From: Gemmatimonas sp.
GTDB lineage: Bacteria; Gemmatimonadota; Gemmatimonadetes; Gemmatimonadales; Gemmatimonadaceae
Reading direction: 5' to 3'
DNA length: 64,000 nucleotides
Assembly (NCBI GenBank): GCA_965279375.1
Contig: OZ257156.1
Coordinates: forward strand, 5,056,001-5,120,000
The notes beneath the pieces were generated by a model. The model saw only the letters and a list, made by a program, of their open reading frames with translations, had not been told where the DNA came from and did not search any database. The translations under genes were made by a program, and so were the position numbers. Position 1 is the first letter of the stretch. Every line of letters starts with the position of its first letter. Below, piece by piece: positions 48,327 to 57,513 of this stretch.

Positions 48327-49100
48327 TCAACGCGTGGGCGAGACCTTGCCGGTATCCATCGGTACTACCTTCGCCGATACAATCGAATCCAGCGCCGGAA
48401 ACCACGAGCGCAGATACGCATTGCCCTTCGATGCGAGCCGTCCCTGGTTGACCGTCTCGCCGTACTCGCTGTTCAACTTGTCGACGACCTCCATCCCCTC
48501 AATCACGCGACCGAACGGCGCGAAGTCGCGTCCGTCCAGCTTCTCGGCGTTGTCCACGAGGTTGAGAAAAAACTGGTTCGTGCGCGAGTTGGGCTCGGGC
48601 GTCGTCGCAAACACGATCGTTCCACGCGCGTTGCTCGTCTTGCGCGGCTCATCGGCAATCGTGCGCTCACGCCACACGTCGTTCACCTCCGGATCGCCGT
48701 GCATGCCGAACTGCGCCACGAATCCCGGCACCACACGAAAGAAGCGCGTGCCGCTGAAGTAGTTGGCCTGCACCATCTCGTAAAAACGATCCGCGCCCAA
48801 CGGCGACAACGACCGCTGCGCTTCGATGGTGAACACACCGGCACTCGTGGTGAACGCCACGCGATACACATCCGGACTGCGCACCGGTGTCTCCGCCGGC
48901 CCCTTGAGCAACGGATTGACGCTGTCCACCGCAGCACCCGTGGCCGCAGCGCTCGCTGAGGCACCGCTCGCAGAGCGATCGCCCGACCCACCACCACACG
49001 CGCTCAGCAACAACGCCGCCACGAGACACACCGCCGGCGACAGCGACAGTGGTAACGACACTAGCGCGACAGCGCGCGGATGATGGGCTCTGCATGTCAT
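48327..49100 (-). CDS. Cyclophilin-type peptidyl-prolyl isomerase, lipoprotein
   Basis: LLSAC lipobox, FFRVVPGFVAQFG, NARGTI, RTNQFFLNL, FAPFGRVIEGMEVVD. Confidence 0.9.
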   Translation of the reverse strand: MTCRAHHPRAVALVSLPLSLSPAVCLVAALLLSACGGGSGDRSASGASASAAATGAAVDSVNPLLKGPAETPVRSPDVYRVAFTTSAGVFTIEAQRSLSPLGADRFYEMVQANYFSGTRFFRVVPGFVAQFGMHGDPEVNDVWRERTIADEPRKTSNARGTIVFATTPEPNSRTNQFFLNLVDNAEKLDGRDFAPFGRVIEGMEVVDKLNSEYGETVNQGRLASKGNAYLRSWFPALDSIVSAKVVPMDTGKVSPTR

Positions 49101-49120
49101 GACGCGCGCTCTCCCCTCTG

Positions 49121-49138
49121 CTTCGGTGTATATTCGGT
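49121..49138. promoter_or_regulatory. Second TTCGG-N6-TTCGG box
   Basis: CTTCGGTGTATATTCGGT in the 40-bp gap between the pyp stop and the cyclophilin start. Confidence 0.55.
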
Positions 49139-49140
49139 AT

Positions 49141-49563
49141 TCATGATGTCGCCAGCGGCTGCCCCTGCTCATCCGAGATCAGCACCCACACGGTGCGCGT
49201 CCGCTTGGAGTAGAGCAGTCGAACGGTCACGTCGCGTGGGGATTGCTTGAACGCAAAGTGAAATCGGAACGACGTATCCAGCGACTCATGAATCACCCCT
49301 TCCTTGAAGCGCCCGTAAAACTCCTGGACCTTCGTGCACGGGGCGATCTCGGTGAAGAACTGCTTCCCGATCGCGTCTTCCTTGCGCAACGACGCGAGTT
49401 TCGACTCGACGGCGTTGTAATTCAGGATGCGTCCGGACCGATCCAACTGGATCATCCCGTAGGGCAGCCGATCGAGCTCCTCGGGGGCCATGGTGTCGGC
49501 CGCTTCGAGCACTTCGTTGACGGTGTGCTGGTGCCGCAGCTGCGGACTGATCGAGTTGGGCAT
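49141..49563 (-). CDS. pyp: Photoactive yellow protein homolog
   Basis: LDRLPYGMIQLDRSGRILNYNAVE...IGKQFFTEIAPCT...EFYGRFKEGV aligns by eye to H. halophila PYP; Tyr42, Glu46 and Cys69 equivalents are kept. Confidence 0.88.
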   Translation of the reverse strand: MPNSISPQLRHQHTVNEVLEAADTMAPEELDRLPYGMIQLDRSGRILNYNAVESKLASLRKEDAIGKQFFTEIAPCTKVQEFYGRFKEGVIHESLDTSFRFHFAFKQSPRDVTVRLLYSKRTRTVWVLISDEQGQPLATS

Positions 49564-49589
49564 CACACCACCGCATGGTCGGAGAGAGA

Positions 49590-52500
49590 ATGACGTCTCC
49601 GACCAATATCGACGGTCCGTACGTCGAATTGCACTGTCACTCCGCGCTCTCGCTCCTCGATGGCGCCTCGCTCCCCGAAGCGCTGGTCGCGCGCGCGGCC
49701 GAACTTGGCTATCCCGCGCTCGCACTCACCGACCATGATGAACTGGGCGGCATCGTCCGTTTCGGCACCGCCTGTGAAGCCACGGGCATCAACGGCATAC
49801 TCGGCGCCGAGCTCACGGTACTCGTTCCGGACCGACAGAACGCCAAGGACGCACGTCCCACACATCTCGTGCTGCTCGCTGAAACGCGCGAAGGCTACGG
49901 CAACATCTCGTCGCTCATCACGCGCGCACGCATGGACATGCCACGCGGCATGCCCTCGGTGCCGTGGTCGCTGGTGGCGTCGCACGCCCGTGGCGTGACG
50001 GCACTCTCCGGGTGCCCGCGGGGCTGGATTCCGCAACTCCTCGCCGAAGGACGCGACGACGATGCGTGGACGGCAGCCTGCGCCATGCGCGACGCGTTCG
50101 ACAACCATCTGGCCATCGAATGCTGGGACCACCGCCTCCCCGAAGAGCGCGCCCTCGTCCGCAAGCTGCGGCCACTCTCGGTTAAACTCGGCGTTCCCTG
50201 GGTGGTCACCAACGACGTGCACTACGCCAAGCCAGATGGCCGCATCGTGCACGATGTGCTGCGTTCACTGCGCTACGAACGCACGCTCGACGAGATGGGC
50301 ACCCGCCTGCGCCCCAATGCCGAATGGGCGCTCAAGGCACCGTCGCTCGTGCTCAAGCGCTGGCGCGGCGCGGAAGAAGGCGTGCACGCCACACGTGACA
50401 TCGCCGACCGGTGCGCGTTCCGCCTGCAGCAGCTCAAGCCCACACTGCCGGCGTTTCCGTTACCGCCCGGCATCACCGCCGACGAATACCTCGCGCGGCT
50501 GGTGGAACAGGGATCGCACGAACGATGGGGACGCGCGCGCACGCCAAAGCACGACGCACAACTCGCGCACGAACTGGCGATGATCGCCAAGCTCAAGCTC
50601 GCGGGCTTCTTCCTCATCGTCTGGGACATCGTGCGCTTCTCGCGGCGCGAAGGGATTCTCTGTCAGGGGCGCGGCTCTGCCGCCAACTCGGCCGTCTGCT
50701 ACTGCCTGGGCATCACGGCAGTAGACCCCATCCGCATGGAGCTGCTCTTCGAGCGATTCCTGAGTGAAGAGCGCACGGAGGCGCCGGACATCGATATCGA
50801 CTTCGCGCATCGCGACCGCGAGCGCGTGCTGCAGTACGTGTACGATCGCTACGGACGTGAGCACGCGGCGATGGTGTGCGAACAGATCACCTGGCGTGGC
50901 CGCAGTGCGGTGCGCGATGCCGCGCGTGTTCTGGGCTTTTCGGTGGAGCAAGGCGACATGCTGAGCGCCATGAGCGACCGCTTCAGCGCCAAGGCGACTG
51001 CGGCCGCACTACGCACCGGCAATGACTCACCCAAGAATTCCACGGCCGAGCAGTTAGGGCAGCAGATGATCGGCGGGACGGAGGCGACCACGAAGGCGCG
51101 TGTGGTGCGTGCCGAAGCGCGCAAAGTGGCGGCGAGTACGGCGACCAAGAGCGCCATCGTCGGCGCGCCGTTGGACGAACGGTCGAGTGTGCGTCCCCCC
51201 GAAGGATCACGCGGGAAGGCCACAAAGCAGGCGATGCTTGCCAAGACGGATTCCGCGCTGATTCCCGTGCTCAATTCTGCGCCCAATCCCGTGCTCAATC
51301 CTGTACTGCTCCCCAATGCACAGCGTCGTCCGGGGCAATCGCTCAACGAGCGCGATGCGACGTGGGCCGAGCGGTTGGATGAGCGCGCGGTGGCCAAGAT
51401 CGCAGCCGATGCGGCGCACAACATGGGGCCGTTGGCCAAGGGTGGTGATCGTCCATCAGCTGAGCGCCACTCGGCGGAGGCGATTCGCAACGGTGCGCCG
51501 TCGCATGAAGAGCGCCGCAACCCCACCACGGCCACGCGCGACAGTGCGGCGGGTGAGTCACTGCTCACGCGCGCCGGACTCGACGCCAACGACCCGCGCG
51601 TGCGTGTGCTGGCCGATGTCGTGGACGGACTGCATCAGCTGCCGAGGCATCGTTCCATTCACGTGGGTGGCTTCGTGCTCACCGAGCAGCCGCTGGGGTC
51701 TGTGGTGCCCATTGAACCTGCGTCGATGCCGGGGCGCACGGTGATTCAGTGGGAGAAGGATGATCTCGATCCTGTGGGGTTGGTGAAGATCGATTTGCTG
51801 GGACTCGGCATGCTTACGGTGGTGCAGGATTGTCTGCTATACATCAGGCACACGCGTGGCGTGCACATCGACCTCGGGCAGCTCGACATGACCGATCAGG
51901 CCGTGTACGACGTGATGTGTGCAGCGGATACCGTGGGGCTCTTTCAGATCGAGAGTCGCGCGCAGATGAACACGCTGCCGCGTCTCAAGCCGCGCTGCTT
52001 TTACGATCTGGTGGTGGAGGTTGCGCTCATTCGTCCGGGGCCCATTCAAGGCGAGATGGTGCATCCGTATCTGCGGCGTCGCGCGGGGCTCGAGCCGATC
52101 ACGTATCCGCATCCGTCACTGGAGCCGGTGCTCAAGCGCACGATGGGCATTCCGCTCTTTCAGGAGCAGGGGATGCAGGTGGCGATTGCGGCCGCGGGGT
52201 TCACACCGGGGCAGGCCGACGTGCTGCGGCGTGCGATGGGGCACAAGCGCTCACACGAGCGCATGGCCGCGATCTGCGAGGAGCTGATCGAGGGGATGAA
52301 GCGCAACGGCATCGAGGAGGAGATTGCGCGACGGATCTACAACCAGATCAACGCCTTTGCCGACTACGGTTTTCCGGAGAGTCATGCGGCGAGCTTCGCG
52401 CTGATCGTGTACGCGACGGCGTACCTGCGCCACTACTACGCGCCCGAATACGCCGCAGCGATACTCAACGCGCAGCCGATGGGCTTCTACTCGCCGGGCA

Positions 52501-53402
52501 CGTTGGTGGAAGATGCCAAGCGGCACGGCGTGGAGGTGCGTCCGATCGATCTTACGCGTTCGTCGTGGGATCATGTACTGGAGCTGGCCGACGGCCGCGT
52601 GCTCGTGCCCAACGATGGCACGGTCCAGTGGGGCGCACGGTGCCTGCCCTCGCCAGTCACGGGAAAGGATCGTGTGGCGGTACGTCTTGGCGTGCGACTC
52701 ATTCGTGGCTTGGGCGCGAAGGCGCGACGCGCGCTCGAAGCGGCGTTGGCGAAGGGGCCGTTCACGAGCGTGGAGGACGCGGTCGCGCGGGTGAATCTGG
52801 ATCGAGCGGCATGGCGACGACTGGCCGAGGCCGGCGCGTTCGATACGATGTTCGCGCATGAACCCGCCGATCGGCGTCGGCGTGTTGCACTCTGGGAAGT
52901 GCTGGCCGCGACGCGAGGACCACAGCTCCCGCTCGCACCGATGCGCCCACAACCGGTACCGGCGCAACTCCCTGCACTCGCGCCGGTTGAGCTCACCGAG
53001 GCGGACTATCGCATGACGGGGTTGTCGCTGGCCGGCCATCCGGTGTCGCATCTGCGCACGCTGCTCGCACCGAATGGCGTGCTCACGGCACGCGAAGCAC
53101 TCACGTTGGGGCGCGATGGGCAAAAGGTGGCGGTGGCCGGACTGGTGATTTGCCGACAGCGCCCAGGCACGGCCAAGGGGTTCGTTTTTTTGACGCTCGA
53201 AGACGAGACGGGGATGATCAACGTGATCGTCACGCCGGATCGGTTCGAGGAGCACGCGACGACGATTTCGCGGTCACCGCTGCTGCTGATTCGCGGCGTG
53301 CTGCAGGTGGAAGGATTGGTGGTGAATGTGCGGGCGAAGCAGTTCAAGACGCTGACGCTGGGTGCGGGAGAGGAGCACGCGCCGGGGCATAATTTCAGAT
53401 AA
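49590..53402 (+). CDS. dnaE2: Error-prone DNA polymerase DnaE2 (ImuC) with an insertion of about 180 aa
   Basis: YVELHCHS..SLLDGAS, GRGSAANSAVCY, PDIDIDF, FQIESRAQM, YGFPESHAASFA, RQRPGTAKG, C-terminal GHNFR (SRDFH-like). Confidence 0.95.
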   Translation: MTSPTNIDGPYVELHCHSALSLLDGASLPEALVARAAELGYPALALTDHDELGGIVRFGTACEATGINGILGAELTVLVPDRQNAKDARPTHLVLLAETREGYGNISSLITRARMDMPRGMPSVPWSLVASHARGVTALSGCPRGWIPQLLAEGRDDDAWTAACAMRDAFDNHLAIECWDHRLPEERALVRKLRPLSVKLGVPWVVTNDVHYAKPDGRIVHDVLRSLRYERTLDEMGTRLRPNAEWALKAPSLVLKRWRGAEEGVHATRDIADRCAFRLQQLKPTLPAFPLPPGITADEYLARLVEQGSHERWGRARTPKHDAQLAHELAMIAKLKLAGFFLIVWDIVRFSRREGILCQGRGSAANSAVCYCLGITAVDPIRMELLFERFLSEERTEAPDIDIDFAHRDRERVLQYVYDRYGREHAAMVCEQITWRGRSAVRDAARVLGFSVEQGDMLSAMSDRFSAKATAAALRTGNDSPKNSTAEQLGQQMIGGTEATTKARVVRAEARKVAASTATKSAIVGAPLDERSSVRPPEGSRGKATKQAMLAKTDSALIPVLNSAPNPVLNPVLLPNAQRRPGQSLNERDATWAERLDERAVAKIAADAAHNMGPLAKGGDRPSAERHSAEAIRNGAPSHEERRNPTTATRDSAAGESLLTRAGLDANDPRVRVLADVVDGLHQLPRHRSIHVGGFVLTEQPLGSVVPIEPASMPGRTVIQWEKDDLDPVGLVKIDLLGLGMLTVVQDCLLYIRHTRGVHIDLGQLDMTDQAVYDVMCAADTVGLFQIESRAQMNTLPRLKPRCFYDLVVEVALIRPGPIQGEMVHPYLRRRAGLEPITYPHPSLEPVLKRTMGIPLFQEQGMQVAIAAAGFTPGQADVLRRAMGHKRSHERMAAICEELIEGMKRNGIEEEIARRIYNQINAFADYGFPESHAASFALIVYATAYLRHYYAPEYAAAILNAQPMGFYSPGTLVEDAKRHGVEVRPIDLTRSSWDHVLELADGRVLVPNDGTVQWGARCLPSPVTGKDRVAVRLGVRLIRGLGAKARRALEAALAKGPFTSVEDAVARVNLDRAAWRRLAEAGAFDTMFAHEPADRRRRVALWEVLAATRGPQLPLAPMRPQPVPAQLPALAPVELTEADYRMTGLSLAGHPVSHLRTLLAPNGVLTAREALTLGRDGQKVAVAGLVICRQRPGTAKGFVFLTLEDETGMINVIVTPDRFEEHATTISRSPLLLIRGVLQVEGLVVNVRAKQFKTLTLGAGEEHAPGHNFR

Positions 53403-53417
53403 TGCCTGCCCTTCTTT

Positions 53418-53644
53418 GGTAACCGGTCACGCCGTTCGCTCCACTCAAGACCGGCCACCCACCACTCGCGACCCGGAACAGAGGAGTGTCAGAGCGGCGG
53501 CAGCACACAGTTGCCAGTGCTCGGTTCAGAGTTTTTCACTCAGATCAGGCGGGGTCGAGGACCGCCAACCCGACACATCTCTGTCGCGGGTTTCGGGTGG
53601 TGAGTGGTGGGAGATCAGTGGAGCGAACAGCGTGACCGGTAACC
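53418..53644 (-). repeat. Palindromic 205-bp-core dispersed element, copy 3 (inverted)
   Basis: Core 53429-53633; extended 28-bp inverted ends match at 26/28; decayed end duplications to about 53685. Confidence 0.9.
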
Positions 53645-53723
53645 GAACGGCGAACTGCGTGACCGGTGACCAACTGCGAACTGCCAGCCCGGAAACCCAT
53701 AACGAAACGCACGGCCCAATCGG

Positions 53724-54302
53724 CTACCGATCAGCGATAACACCGTACGCTTGCGGCGGAGCGTCCAGCGGTCCCGCCACCCACACCCTCGCCCCCACCA
53801 TTCGCCGCAACGACGCCGGCAACATCGGCGCGGGCACCACGCGGCCATCCGCCAACCGCAGCGACAACACCCCACCGCTACTCACCACCAGGCCGTCCGT
53901 CGCGGGCACCCCATCCGCCGCGCGCACAACAAACGACGCTGCGTTAAACACCACCGCCCCACGCGGACCGGCAGCCGGATTGCGTGCGCCAGTCCGTCGT
54001 CCGAAGGCCACCACCTCCACGCCAACGGCGCGCGCGAGCATCACCGACTGCGCACCAACCAGCGACACCGCTTCACCGCCACCGCGCGGCGCAGTGATCA
54101 GCAATACAGCGCCGGGCTCATTGCCCACCAGCGTGAGAATGCCGCGGACGCTGTCGGCCGGTGTCGCGCCACCTGCCGTTCCACCAGCAGCGACAACTCC
54201 GCGTTGGCAGCCCGCAGTCGCCAACACCCCGATCAGCAGCATGCACGACGACATGGCCATCAGGCCACGGGGTGTGACGGCGTTGACGCGTCGCGTACTC
54301 AC
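53724..54302 (-). CDS. Hypothetical lipoprotein
   Basis: LATAGC lipobox; GTGA overlap with the upstream protease stop. Confidence 0.65.
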   Translation of the reverse strand: MSTRRVNAVTPRGLMAMSSCMLLIGVLATAGCQRGVVAAGGTAGGATPADSVRGILTLVGNEPGAVLLITAPRGGGEAVSLVGAQSVMLARAVGVEVVAFGRRTGARNPAAGPRGAVVFNAASFVVRAADGVPATDGLVVSSGGVLSLRLADGRVVPAPMLPASLRRMVGARVWVAGPLDAPPQAYGVIADR

Positions 54303-57064
54303 TGCAGTCTCGCGATGGCAATGCGCAGGTTGCTGGGCGGTGCCAACCCTGAAATCGAGCGCAATCCGAGCAGCTGCGCACCACTCGGCGTGCCGGAGAT
54401 CTCCACGTACGCATGCGCTCCGCCGCGCAATCCGGTCACGCGCGAGACGAAACTTCCGAAGCGCAGCTGCGCCGGTTCGATGGGATACAGCGTATTCCAG
54501 CGTGTACTCCACGCCGGCAGTGCGTTGAGTCCCGCGTAGATGCTGCGCAGGTTCCACGTCGGGAACTGCAGGTCGGCACTTGGCGCGACGAGTCCGGGGT
54601 AGTCGTCCGCGTACAGCGCCAACCCCCAGCCTCCGATGAGCTGATCGAGCGGCACGCCGGCCGTCGCCGAAAGGTTGTTGACGCCGTTGGTGGTGGAGTT
54701 GATGAGCGTGCGAAAGAACGTTGCATCGGAAGTGGCGTAGCGATCGATCGTGTAGCGCACCAGCGACCAGGCGGTCTGATAGAACGTGCTGGACGATTGA
54801 CCGTTGGCGTCACCGTACGGCGACCAATCCCAAGGTGCGAGCAACTTTTCGCGAATCTCGTTGAAGTGACGCCGCATGCCGTAGCCCGGCCGGCGCAGTG
54901 GATCGGCCGAGTTGCAGATGGCATCGTTGGGCGAGAAGTCGCAGAACACGCCGCCCGCCGCCGCTGAACCGAAGCCGGTGTTCCCCTTCCACGGCACCTT
55001 GTGCAGCGATTCACGCACCCAGAGTTCCTCGGCGTGTCGCGCCGTGCCCTCCTCCAGCCACGACTGCTCGAACTGTGAGACGTTGTTGGCCACCCGAGCC
55101 GACAACGAGGCGATGTGCTTGACCTCATGCACGACCGTGCGTGCCATGAAGTAGAACCAGCCGTCCGGTGACGCGGTGGAGTTGATGTTGAGCGTGGTCG
55201 CGGTGGGTACGAACCCGTAGAAGTACTGTCCGAAATTGCTCCCGCGCGACGTCGTGGTTGCGAACTGATCGCATGACGTCACGTACGCTGCCGCCCCCGA
55301 ACCGTTCAGTCGCTGCGAGAAGACCATATGCACGCGCCCATCGTTGTCGGTCGCGGCATCGCGGAGCAGCGGATCGCCGAAGTTCGTCTTGACAGACTCG
55401 TACTGGTCCTGATCGAAGATGACGCCGAGTCGTTGATAGTAGGCGGCCAACGTCGGATTCGTCGCCGACTGCAGCGTGTTGGCCGAGTCTTCCCAGACGA
55501 TCGCTCGCGTGCCGATGTAGATGGCTTTGCTGCGAATGACGCGCGTGGTGTCGTTGCAACCACCTGTGAAGGTGTAGTACATGCTCCGCATGTCATCGAG
55601 CGCGGGAAGGTCGGCAGCGCGTGCGGCCGGCCGTGGTGCGGGCGCGGGGTTGCGAGCCGCCCGCGCGCGCAGCTGCTCGTACTGCAGTCGATCACGCTCG
55701 AGAAAGGCGAAGTGCGCCGCGTCGCGCGCATCCTCCGGATCGGCCTCGAACGACGATCGCGTGCTTCCCAACCGCGCGTTGGCAAGGCGCGGCGCATCGA
55801 CACGGAGCGCGGTCGTTCCGGCCGGCGGTGTGTTGCCGGTGATCTCGAGATCCACCTGCGACGCCGCGGTAGTGGACGCGCTGAACACCGCGACGAGATA
55901 GCGCGCGGCGCTTCCGCTGCTCAACAGCTCGTTGCACACCGACGCGGTGTTGTTGGTCAGCACGAGGGCCTGACCAACCGCGATGGTCCGCTGCGGCACG
56001 ACGACGAGTCGTGTCACCGGCGTGCCTGCGACGCCGTCGCTCGTGACGCGGATAACGGCGTTGCCGCTCTCGACGCACGGCATCGCGATCGTGAGTTGCG
56101 TTGCGCTGGCATTGGTGATCGGCGCCGACACGCCACCGATGGTGACTGTATTGGCCTGGACGGTATTGGCGAAACCCACGCCCGTGAGCACCACAGATGT
56201 GCCGGGCTGCAACGCCGCGGGTGTCACCGCGGTGACGATCGGTCCGCCCGACCCCGGCGTAACGGTGATGACTGCGCTGCCCGCCTGCCCTTCGCTGGTC
56301 GCGGAGATGGTGGCGTTACCGGGCGCGACGGCGGTGACGACGCCCACGCCATCGACCGTAGCGATCGCTGGTGCATCGGAGCTCCACGCGACGAAGCGCC
56401 CGGCCAGTGTGGCTCCCGCGGCGTCACGAGCGGCTGCAACGAGCGCGCGTGTGGCGCCTGCGGCAAGCGTCGCGGTGTTCGGTGTGACGACGACGGAGGC
56501 CACCGGCACCGGCAGCACATTCACCTGTGCGGATATCGACCGTCCTTCACTCGTTGCCGTGACGGTGACCGAGCCGGGCGCGATCGACGTGAGCAACCCG
56601 GTCGTGTCGATAGTGGCGGTCGATGTCGCGCTCACACTCCAGGTGATTGCGCGTCCGACGAGCGCATTACCGTTGGCGTCGCGTGGTGTCGCGGTGAACT
56701 GGCTCTTGCCGCCCGCGATCAGCGTCACGGTACCCGGCGAGATGTTCATGCTGGCTACGGGAATCGGCAGCACCGTCACGGTGGACGTTCCGACCTGTCC
56801 ATCGGCGGTGGCCGAGATGATCGCCGTGCCGGGAGCAACGCCGGAGAGCAATCCGTTGGCGCTGATGGTGGCCGTGACGAGGCTATTGGAAGTCCACGTG
56901 ATGCTGCGTCCCGTGAGCGCATTCCCTGCGCCGTCGCGCGCCGTGGCCGCCAACTGAACAGTGCTGCCGGCGATCACCGTTGTCGTCGCAGGAGTGACGG
57001 CGACCGTTGCCGCACGCACAGGCGCCGCCGGCGAATCACAGGCCGTGATCAACAGTGACGCCAT
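54299..57064 (-). CDS. Lipoprotein with three Big_2 Ig-like repeats, an IPT/TIG domain and a HExxH metalloprotease domain; start uncertain
   Basis: LITAC lipobox; repeated VTP..AT.RD..GN.L.GR.ITW; VVHEVKH..WLEEG. Confidence 0.82.
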   Translation of the reverse strand: MASLLITACDSPAAPVRAATVAVTPATTTVIAGSTVQLAATARDGAGNALTGRSITWTSNSLVTATISANGLLSGVAPGTAIISATADGQVGTSTVTVLPIPVASMNISPGTVTLIAGGKSQFTATPRDANGNALVGRAITWSVSATSTATIDTTGLLTSIAPGSVTVTATSEGRSISAQVNVLPVPVASVVVTPNTATLAAGATRALVAAARDAAGATLAGRFVAWSSDAPAIATVDGVGVVTAVAPGNATISATSEGQAGSAVITVTPGSGGPIVTAVTPAALQPGTSVVLTGVGFANTVQANTVTIGGVSAPITNASATQLTIAMPCVESGNAVIRVTSDGVAGTPVTRLVVVPQRTIAVGQALVLTNNTASVCNELLSSGSAARYLVAVFSASTTAASQVDLEITGNTPPAGTTALRVDAPRLANARLGSTRSSFEADPEDARDAAHFAFLERDRLQYEQLRARAARNPAPAPRPAARAADLPALDDMRSMYYTFTGGCNDTTRVIRSKAIYIGTRAIVWEDSANTLQSATNPTLAAYYQRLGVIFDQDQYESVKTNFGDPLLRDAATDNDGRVHMVFSQRLNGSGAAAYVTSCDQFATTTSRGSNFGQYFYGFVPTATTLNINSTASPDGWFYFMARTVVHEVKHIASLSARVANNVSQFEQSWLEEGTARHAEELWVRESLHKVPWKGNTGFGSAAAGGVFCDFSPNDAICNSADPLRRPGYGMRRHFNEIREKLLAPWDWSPYGDANGQSSSTFYQTAWSLVRYTIDRYATSDATFFRTLINSTTNGVNNLSATAGVPLDQLIGGWGLALYADDYPGLVAPSADLQFPTWNLRSIYAGLNALPAWSTRWNTLYPIEPAQLRFGSFVSRVTGLRGGAHAYVEISGTPSGAQLLGLRSISGLAPPSNLRIAIARLQ

Positions 57065-57513
57065 TCCTACGCCGCTTGCGGCAATGCGCAGGCAGCAGTG
57101 CGACAACACGCGCGAGATGCGCTGAACCCGCTGCGCGAGACCGTGATAGAGCGTCGCATTTTGTGCGGTCTGAACCACGCCGCACTGCACGCGTTCGCGC
57201 CAACGGCTCGGACGCGTTCGCGTCGCATTCTCAGGCAGCATCCGCATCGGGAGTGCGGGTGAGGATCGGATCAGGACGCACTCTGCGCACGCGCGAAGTG
57301 ACGTCAGGCAATACTCGGCGCCGGTGCAGGGCGCGTCAATGCAATTGACGCTGTCTCACACATACCTCGCGCAATCGCATCTGCGATGCACCGAGGTGGA
57401 AACGTTGCGTGAATGTTGCGGGAATAATGCCGATCAACGCCACGTCATCGCCGTAGTTGGCGGGAGCTGGACGACGAATCCACGTGCGATCCCACGCGCG
57501 CACGTTTCGCTGA

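Noticed and set aside
51015..51555. Intein in dnaE2
   Set aside because: No Cys/Ser start with His-Asn end and no LAGLIDADG/HINT motifs; low-complexity sequence
44844..53644. Palindromic elements as integron attC sites
   Set aside because: No clear RYYYAAC/GTTRRRY ends, longer than typical attC, mixed orientation, and no integron integrase in the window
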